The notes beneath the pieces were generated by a model, which saw only the letters and a program-made list of their open reading frames with translations, was not told the DNA's origin and did not search any database. Positions 22,658-32,375 of a DNA stretch of 64,000 bases are shown here, in pieces. Position 1 is the stretch's first letter. Each line of letters begins with the position of its first letter. This stretch comes from Cyanophora paradoxa CCMP329 (lineage: Eukaryota > Plantae > Glaucophyta): positions 248,001 to 312,000 of the forward strand of contig QPMI01000408.1 in NCBI GenBank assembly GCA_004431415.1, read 5' to 3'. A program made the translations under genes and the position numbers.

Positions 22658-25600
22658 ATGGACGGGCACACGGCGCTCAGCTACGCGCGCTTCCTGTTCG
22701 TCAGGTGCACATTCGCGCAGCGCAATGCAGCGAGGCCGCGCGCGTATTACGTTATGCGCTTAAGATCGGACTCCGGAGGCCCGAGCTCGCGGTCATTCCA
22801 GCGCCGGCGCTTGGCGCGGGCCGGCGCACGTGCACTCGTACGTGCACTGCGCCGCGGCGCACCGTACCGCGGCTCCGAAATCGAACTCGAATTCGAAGCC
22901 GCTGATCATGAGCCTCGGAGCCGGGTCGAGAGTCTAGATCTAGTTCTATTTCTACATCTAGATCTAGTTCTAGCCTAGTAGATCTAGAGCGCGCCTCCGC
23001 GCAGCCCGAAATCGCAGCAGCTCGCCGAGTCGATTGTCACGGCTTCCGGATCCCTCAGCGCTGGAAGCGTGACGTTCGCCTCCCTGTTCCCCAAAACTCG
23101 CCTCCCGATTCCCGCGTGCAGCTGGCGCAGAACCGGTGCGTGTATTCGGACTGTTCAGACAGAGCTTATGTATGACTAGAGCCTCTACATCTGCCAGCGC
23201 GCGTAAATCACGCCCCGCGCGCGGCCATGGCCGCGGCGCCGCGGCTGCTCGAGGCTGCCGGATTTCTCGATGCTCGAGCTCGAGGCTGCGAATTTGAATC
23301 TAGATCTGTGTTTAAATTTCGCGATCGTATTCGGCCTTGAGCTCATTCGAAATCGATATCACCGCAGTCTTCGGCATCATTATAGGGCCCCAGGTCCTCG
23401 GCGCGATTCCCCCGAATGGGCTTCCACAGCAGGTGCGCTGTCCCGTGTTCGAATTCACGCCCTCGATCTTAGAGCAAGCCTTGATCATGAAGGTCTGATT
23501 TTGAATTCTATTGATCTTGGGTTTATATATTAGCTGCGGTACATCACATGGGCGGCACTCGTTTTCATCGGCCTCACGGCCGGCGCTGAACTCAAGCTTA
23601 TGGGTGCGCACCGCTAGCATGCGAATGCGAATGGCCATGGCCCGATAGCGAACCGCGAAGCCTTTCTCGCAATTGTGACCCGCTCGCGATCGCGTCGCGC
23701 GCGGCGCGCCGCCCGCAGAGCTGCGGCCGATCAAGCGCCAGATTTTGTGGACGACCTCGGTGATCACAGTCTTCACCGTCGCTGTCATCGCGCCGATCGT
23801 TCAGGTGCCTTCCCGCGTGGCCCTCGAGCTCGTCTTCTCTCGACCCATAAGCTGGGCTCTGATCGCGATCTCGATCGGGGGCCGGGGAGGCAGACGCTGG
23901 CGCGGCGCGGGATGCTGCACAGCACCCTGGACGAGAAGCCCGACTCGTGCCTCTGGTCCCTCTCCTTCCTCGTCTCCGCCGTAATGGTCGCCCGGTGCAC
24001 GCCGATATTAATTCTCTGCAAGTGATACTTCTCTCCAGCCGAAGAGCTAACCGCGAGGGGTGCACGTGCACGTGGCCATGGTCGGCAGATCTCCAGCGAC
24101 GGCCATTTCAATCGCATGCCCCCTGACCTCTAGATCTGACAAATTGAAAGCCGTTCGCTCTCGCTGATCCCAGTTTAGATGAAGGAGCTAAAAGCGAAAG
24201 GGCCGCTTACGAGCTCTATGCTGGTTCGTGCGTGGGAAAGAAAACTAGTACTCGGAAGTTGTCGTCGGCCCTGTTCTGATTCCGCCGCAGGGTATCACCA
24301 TTGTTTGTAAGTCTCCTCTCCATTAAAATTTTTTCTGTGCAACGATTTCGAACCCACCATGGCCATCGACTGATCATGATGTGCTGGGCGCGCTTGCCAC
24401 GGCAATCGCTCTGCCCGCGCCGTTCACCAGCCGACGTGGTCGTCCTAGTGCTCTTCACGTTTTTAATGGAGGGCGCGAGGGCTTCGTGCGTCGCCGGTGC
24501 GATTGGTTGAGATGCATGGTCGTGCTGAGTGTTTCTAAGATCTAGTATATTATTTAGAATTCAATTCAAGCTTCTTTTGCGCAGGGCGGAGCTTTAGCGC
24601 AATGACCATAGGGCAACTTTCCGTCAGGTGTCAGACAGCCTTTTGATTCTCCCTTCGAGGCTTAATAATTTAATTTCCGAATGTGCATCGATTACGCGTG
24701 ACGTGCGTTACGCAGCTTCTTGCTCACTGTCGTTCTCGGGCGCGTATGCGCACGATCATATGCATGACAAGCTTAAGGGCATTCATATTCACCGCATGAC
24801 GTCGGCGCACCGTGCGCATGCAGGCTCGGCATGGGGCTTCTCTTCAGGCTCCTTCTCAGCCACCGAATTCGAAGATACTGCGCCCATTGGTTCATAGTAA
24901 GCTAGCTCCAATCGACAATATGCATACAGCAATTTCATAGCGCAGGTTGCAGTTGATTCTTATTATCCGCGCAGGTGCCTGCGGGGTTCTTCTTCTACGC
25001 GGCGGCCGAGGCGATCCAGGAGGCCTCCGAGGCGAGGCTCGCGCTCATCGTAGAGATCGAGCCGCTCCTGGTCGCTGAAAGCTTAATTGCTCGCGTCCCA
25101 GAAAGAAATTAATTAATACTTATACGTTGACGTCGATTGCATGGCCAGGCGTACATCATCGCGGGGGCGTACATATCGAACAGGACTCCTTACACGCAAG
25201 AATTCGAGTCGCACATCTCAAGCGTGCGGCATTCGAATTCTTTATGTATCTCCCGTCTCTGCCAGTTGAGCTGATTTCATTGCCTCGCGATATCGATTGT
25301 TTTCCAATCAGCTCTCTATCTGGGCCTTCGTTCCTTTTTTTACACTTGCTGGCGCCAATCTGAACTTGTCGATTCTCGGGTAAATCATAATCTTGAGCTT
25401 TAAATTTGAACGGATTTCCCGGCCCGCCCGCTTTCCTGCGGCAGCGTTAACCGAATGCCGTCGGGCCGCGCGAGTGCAGGACGAGCTACATTTTCGCAAT
25501 TGTGGTCGTGCTGGCGCGCACCGCGGCCGTCTTCTTCGGGTCTTTCCTCGGGTCTTACCTCTCCAACGCCCCTGAGAACCACCGGTGCGACTTTCGGAAG

Positions 25601-27488
25601 CATGTTTAGAGTATCATAGTCGACGTCTAATTCGGATCCATGGCCATGGCCGTCTGGCAATCGATGCCATGATGACTGTACTGGCAGGTACCTTCTCTGG
25701 CTCTCGCTCATAACGCAGTCCGGCGTCTCGATTGGACTCGCGTCGAAGGTGCGACAGAATTCAAAATTATTTAAAGTTCCGGCGTCCGCTCGCACGTGGA
25801 CGCTGACGCGTCCTTTTTTCCGCTCGCAATTTCCGATCCCTTATACATCGGCCGCAGATTGCCCTGAGCCTCAAGGAAACAGGAGAGGCAGTGTCAACAA
25901 CGCTCTTGGTACTTGCGACTCCATTTCGATCTCTGCTCGTTTCAAATTCATCCCTGCGCACGCCCCACGCAGGCCGTCATCATGATCAATCAGCTTGTCG
26001 GTCCTCTCGTGCAGCGGCCCGCATTGGTGAAGGCTCGCGAGCACAACCGCGGTGCGCGATTTCAGATTTCAAGGCCTCATTATAAGCTTCCCAAGCATGG
26101 AGCACGAAGCTTTCTGCTGAGAGAGCTCGAGCACTCTGCCTGCAGGGCGCGGACACCGGAGTGACGGGTTCTCGGCGCCAGTCCAGCCGGCAACCTTGGT
26201 AAACGGGATGCATATGCGTGCGAGTGCGGTCCCGGCCGCGGCCGCTGTAAATGGGGGTCAAGATTCTGGATCCGATCATGATCAGGAGCGGCAAAGCGGG
26301 CGGCTGCGCATGCAAGCCGCTCCGGAGGTGCTATTAAAAAAATTATAGCTGACTTATAACTATCAATTCTAATCATCCTGGTTACCTCAGGGCACTTAAT
26401 TTTATAGGGGACGCAGAATTCGTTGAAGTCCGTACATCTCGAACAAGTTCAGCTGCAAGTGCCTGCGGGGGTTCGTGTTTGGCACTGCTATATTAATACT
26501 TTGCACCACGCAGAGACCCTGATCATGATATTCCCAAACGTTTGCCGTTGCGCGCGCAGAACGCGAGGAAATCGCTGCAGCTGGTGCGGCGAGCTGGCCA
26601 CGCGTACGGCGTCGACGTCGGGCAGGCACAGGTCGACATCAGCGCCGGGGCTGTCTCCGGGTCCTTAGCGATCGCCGACGTTCTCGATGGCCAATCGCGA
26701 TCGCGACCCAGATCGCCTTCGAATTCTCGGTGAGAGAGTCTGCGATTCCTCTCCCCGCCCGAATATTCATTCGATGATTCGAGCATGATCATGTAATATT
26801 AATCGAAGACAGATCTGGACTCGGTGTGCAGCGGTCGACGCTTCAGACGTCGACAGTGAGCTCGCGATCGATCGATCATGCAGTCCGTCCCTCGAACAGC
26901 AACGGAGACACCCGCCCCCTACTGATGGACGGGGACGACCACGACGAACTCGACCTCGAACGCGATATCGATGTCGCTGTGCACGTGCAGGTTCGACCCG
27001 ACTTTCGAATTCGCTTCCTTGTTTGAATTGTTTTAATTTGTATAATCGATTTATACAACACCCCATCAATATCGCGATCGACTGCAAATTCACGATCAGT
27101 CCATTAAATATTCATATTTTGCCGTGGCAGACAACGCACCCGCGCTCAGAAGTCGCGCTTCAGGTGCGCCGCATTGTCGATTTGAATTCTACACTGTTAC
27201 AAAAATCTTGAGATTTTATTTTGGGTCTTAAGGCTTAGTCCTCTAGGTTGTTCTCTTAGTACCTAGCTCGCAGGTCCCCGTAATCGATATCGATTTTGAG
27301 CTGGGAATGGAAGACATCGGAGATGGATCCGGAGTCGTCTTGGCCGAACGCTCCGTCCGGTATGGGCCTCGGGGGACCGAGTTGTAGCACTTTTAATTGT
27401 AGCTGCATGTACATATGTATTAAACACTACAAATGTACCAATACTAGTACTGTGCATCTTTCGTCTGTGCAGATGTAAATCTAGCTAA
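22658..27488 (+). CDS. cation/proton antiporter (Na_H_Exchanger, CPA2-like), many small exons; ends approximate
   Basis: FGIIIGPQVLG; LRYITWAALVFIGLTAGAELKL; ADVVVLVLFTF; IVEIEPLL; YIFAIVVVLARTAAVFFGSFLG; LSLITQSGVSIGLASK; AVIMINQLVGPLVQRPALVK. Confidence 0.75.
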
Positions 27489-27885
27489 GCTTAAGAGGTA
27501 TTGTAAATGTAAATCTACCTAGCGATGCTGATTGAGGCCGGGTCCCCACTGCAGCTGGGCCACACGAAGCATGCGCATAGATCTCGACGAATCGTTCAGC
27601 TTTAGAGCTGGCGGCGAGGGCAAAGCCGTCGCACTCCGTCGGCGGCTTTCTGACTCAGTGAGCCTGCGACTTCTTCGACGTCTCCCGCCTCGCCCTCTCA
27701 ATTGCCCGTGCCGGCACTGCGGCGCTGGCTGGCCATGGCGGCGTGCACCCGCGCGCGGATCCGGACCTATTTTGGCACTGCTCGAGCTATTTTGGGGGGA
27801 TCTCGCGCTGGTCTTGGTTTTTCGCAGGCAGGAACGGATCGGACAGCAGAAAGCAAGGGGGATTGGGCGTGTCGGGGGCGTCGGG

Positions 27886-30800
27886 CTAGCTGGGCGGGGA
27901 CGCGGGCCGGGGCCGGGGGCTACGGGCTCGCTGAGAGGGGGCGGCGGAGCCCGAGGCGGAGGGCGGGGCGGGGGTGGCGCTGGATCCGTCCGGGCTGGCA
28001 GCCGCGGGGGCGGCGGGGGCGGGGGCGGGGGCGAGGTCGTCGGAGCGGTCCGCACGCACGCGGTACCTGCGACCGGTTTTTTTGATGTCAGACCGACGGA
28101 GAGATCGGATGTATGCGAGAGAGACTATTATAGATCCAGAGTTCTAGAGGCTACGGCTAGGGCTGAAGAGTCAGTCGCACGCGTGGCGCACCGCGCGAGG
28201 ATGGTGGGGGTCGCCCGCCGCCCCGCCTCCGCCTCGATCACCACCTGCGAACGAAGTTCGGTGGGGCACGGGGGGAGAAAGGAGCGGGGGGGTACCTGGT
28301 GGCCGAACTCGAGGTCGAGGCAGATGAAGCGGTCGGCTGTACCCCCCACGAGGTCGACGAGGTGCCGCAGGTTGCGCAGGGGCGCCCCGTTGACGGCCTT
28401 GACCACCGCGTGCGTCTGGTTCTCGTACCCCGCGTTCACCTCTGCGGCGAGGCGAGCGGGGGCATGAGACGGACGCGCCTCGTCGGAGCGCGGATCTTAA
28501 GTAGAAAAAAAAGCTAGTGTTTCCTAAATTTAACTCTTTAAAGTTGGCAGTTTCTGAGGAAAACAAAGTTGGCAGTTTCTGAGAAAAAACAATGTCTTAG
28601 GTTTAGGCACGCGTGTAAGGCGCATGCAATCTCTGACGCGCGCCTCACCAAAGCCTTGAAGGCACGGCTCTGGCATAATCTCTAGATCTAATCTCTCAAC
28701 CTAGAGCTCCGTCAGAGCGCACCGTCGGCGAGGACCTTCATGAGGACGACGACCTGAGGGAGGGAGAGAAAGGAAGTCAGCTAAGTGACTAAAACCAAAG
28801 GGGCGGGGGCGGATCGAATGAAAGGGGCGGGCCTGCTCGTCGGGGTGGGACTTCTTGCCGTGGCAGAAGAGGGCGATGAGGCGCGACGGCGCGTACCGGT
28901 CCGAGTCGTGGTCGAACATCTGCAGCGCGGGCCGCTCAGAAGGGGAAGGGCGGGCCCTGCGGGGGGCTAGGGGCCCTCTAGATCTAACGGGGCCGGGGGG
29001 GGTCTAGCCCTAGATCTAGGTATCTGTCCCCCAGGGGGTCCTGGCCCTGGCTCTGGCGGGGGCGGGCGGGCGGGAGGGCGGGCGGGCGGGCCCTCCCGCC
29101 CTCCTGGGGGGGGTAAGGGCGCTCTGGCTCTGGCGGGGGCGGCCTCGCCTGGAGGTAGTCCTCGAGTGCGACGAAGCAGAGGCCGGCGAAGATGAAGTAG
29201 GAGGGCCAGCCCCGCGACCGCCCCAGCGAGGAGCTCGAGGCGGGGGGCGAGGAGGCCGGGTCAGGCTGTACGGGGCGGTCGGCGGTGACGGGCGGCGGCG
29301 CCAGGTACTGCTTCGTCTCCGCATTCAGCGACTGCGCGCGGCGCGGGCGGTTCGTTTGCCTCGGTCCTTGTCTTCTCAGTCCAGGAGGAAGGGGGGCGCG
29401 GCGCACGATCTCGAGGGGCTGGCCGCCGCGGAAGAGCCGGACCGCGTACTCGTCCCCGATGAAGAGGCGCGTCACCTGGGCGGGCCCCCGGAGGTCGGAG
29501 GTCGGACCGGGGAGGAGCCACCGAGCAGGGCGGGGGGGGGGGGGGGGCGGGGGGGGGGGGGGGGGGTTACCAGGTACTCGAAGCCGACGCGCTCGCGGCC
29601 GCGGAAGAGGACCGTGCCTGGGTGGGCGGGGGCCCCGCGCCAGTCAGTCCGAAGCCTTAAGCCTTAGGCGCGGCGGGGGCGGACCGTCGTCGGCGATGGC
29701 GTCGTCGCCCTGCGGCGCGCCGGCGTCGGAGGGCGAAGCGAGGGGCTAAGACGAAGGCGTGGCGGAGAAGTCGAAGGAGAAGGCGGGGCGGGTGCGCGCA
29801 CGACGTGGGTGACGACGTCGCCGGGCAGCAGCAGCCCCGACGCTGCGCGCGGGACGATATCGGTCAGGCTCGGCGGAGAGGAAAGAGGACGGGGCTCTCG
29901 TCATGGGGCGGCTCGAGGGGGCACCGCAGGAGAGGGGGTCGACCTCGGTGACGCGCACGCCGGTGAGGCCCTCGGGCAGCCCCAGCAGCGCCCGGATCGA
30001 CGCTGCACCCCGCCCTCGGCCCAAGGCGCTAGCTCCGAGGGGCGGGGGAGCGCAGAGGCCGCTTACGGTTCTCGCAGAACTGGTAGGAGAAGGGGACGGA
30101 GGGGAAGCCGACGTAGCGCCCGCCGTGCCGCACCACGTCCGACGCGAAGTGCTGCGAGGGAGGGGGGCCGTCCGCGTGAGCGAGGCGGGCGGCCTCGAAG
30201 GGGCGGGCGGGCGGGCGGAGGAGGCGGAGGGCAGTCTCCAAGCTAGCCGGGGCGGCGCCCCTCCCTCCCGCCCTCCCTCGAGGCAGGGCGGGACCCCGCC
30301 CGGCCAGGGCCGAGGCGCCCCCCCGCTATCCTCTTCTCCAAGGGGTGGCGCCCCTCCGCGAAGGGCGGCTCGAGGCTGGCGGGGGCGGGGCCCGCCCTCG
30401 GGGATGGACCTGGACGATCTCGGCGGGGATGATGTACCCCACGCTCTCCGCCTCCCCGCTGTCCAGCCCCGCGAACACCACCCCGATCACCTGAGAAGGG
30501 GGGGGGGGGGGGAAGGAGGCGGGTCAGGCGAAGGCGGGGCGGCGCGGGGCGGGGCGGGCGCCTCGTCGCGCTCGTTGAGGACGGGGCCGCCGCTGCGGGA
30601 GGCCGAGAGTGAGGCGCGGCCGGGCGAGAAGGGGCGGGGCGGGCGCGCCTGTTGCCGTTGTTCACGGCCGCGTCGATCTGGCAGCAGAGCAGCTGCAGGC
30701 CCTTGAACCTGATGGCTCATGTGAGCGTCTGGGCGGGTCTGTTGTGGGCGGGAGGGAGGGGCGCACTCGGTGTAGTGGTCGTGCCCGTGGGAGCTGCCGC

Positions 30801-32075
30801 GCGGGGGCGTGAGGCGAGGGACGGGGACGGGGCCATGCGGGGCTGGCGGGGGGCGGCGGAGGGCGCGGCCGGCCGCACTCGTAAGGCATGAGCTGCGGGG
30901 CCCGCGGGTCAGCGGCGAGCCGGCGAGGGGCGCGGAGGGGGGGTACGGCGCGCCTCGACGCGGGAGACGATGCCCTCCGTGCAGCAGATCGAGTCGCCGC
31001 CGGTGGGGTACCCCAGCACCGTCACCTGCGTACCCCCCGGGGCTCAGCCGAGGGCCGCAGAGCCTTGCCGCGCGAGAAGCGGAAGGTGGTTACCTTCTCC
31101 TGCAGCTCGGGGTTCCGGGGGCTCAAGTTCAGAGGCTCGACCTGCGGGGCGCGTCGGCCGGGCCGGGAGGAGCGGCGGCGGGGGCGGGGGCGCCAGAGCG
31201 CACGTCGCGCATGAACTCGTCCATGTCCTCCACCGTCAGCAGCGCCCTGGGAAGGTGCCGGCCGCTCAGGGGCGAGGCGAGGCGAGCGGCTCGGGGGCCG
31301 GCGGGCGCACAGGTCGCAGTCCACGCCGACGGCGACGACGTGGGCGACGAAGAAGCGCGGATCGCCCTGCTTGCGGACGCGCACGAAGGTGTGCCCGTCG
31401 ATCACGTGCGCGTTCGTCACGATGCGCGCCACGCCGTCCCGGAACCGGATCACCGAGCCCGTCCCCGTGAACTCCGCTGCGGGGCGCGGCCGCGGCCCGT
31501 CAGCCGGTCCGCGAAGCCGAAGAAGAACTGAGGGAATGCACCGGGGTCCAGATCCTGCCACGGGAGCTTGAAGTTGGGGCGCGAGCTGACCGTGTGCACC
31601 TGTCACCGCGGAGCGTCAGCGGGGCCCGCGTGGGGCGGTCGGGCGGAGCGGGGACCTTGACGATCGACGAGAGCGTCTCATCTATGTCCAGGTCCTCGCC
31701 GCGGTCCCTGTACTCGTCCCGCGGGGCCGCGCTCTTGGCTGCGGGCGCCTTGCCGCCCTTGGGCGCCGCGGCCGCCTGGACGTGGAACGATCGCTCTTGC
31801 TGACCGCGCACGTCAGCTCCCGCGGACCCGCACGCTTGGCAGCTGCGTCGAACCTCGGGGGTGCCCGGTTGAGCCGCTCGCGGACGCGGCCCGCACAAGC
31901 TGCGCAGCCCCGAGGCCGGCTTGTACGCGGATACGAAGCGCCTTCGAGGTGCCGCTGACGATCGGCCGCTACGCGCGCTCGCCTCGCTGCGGGCGCTCTC
32001 CGCGACCGGCGGGACCCGAGGCTGCGGAAGCCGGACGCCATGCAACCCCGCTAAGAAAGCTAGTGACACGTCCAT
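27886..32075 (-). CDS. Deg/HtrA serine protease with PDZ domains (Deg2/Deg9-like), probable plastid transit peptide
   Basis: PNFKLPWQ; IVTNAHVI (His); VDCDL|ALLTV (Asp); VLGYPTGGDSIC; QIDAAVNNGNS|GGP (Ser); PSYFIFAGLCF; VNAGYEN..VKAVNG. Confidence 0.92.
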
Positions 32076-32375
32076 CGCGCTTGCGGCCGCCGAGCCGCCG
32101 CGATTTGATTTGGCGCTGTACCCGGACTTCCGCATCGACTTCGTCGAATCCGGACTTCGGCCGCCGTCGGCCGCCTGCGACGGCTCGGTTGTAGGACTGC
32201 ATACCAGCGCTGTAGGCACCAGACCCGACCGTCAGCGTGTTCGAGCACCGGTCAACGCTGGCGGACGAGCAGCAGAAAGGCCGTCATTGCCTTTCGTTCA
32301 ACTTTTCGAAGCTGCCGGTCGAATTCAACGTACTGCCGGCCGTCGGCCGGTCGACGGTCGGTCGAACGCATCATC

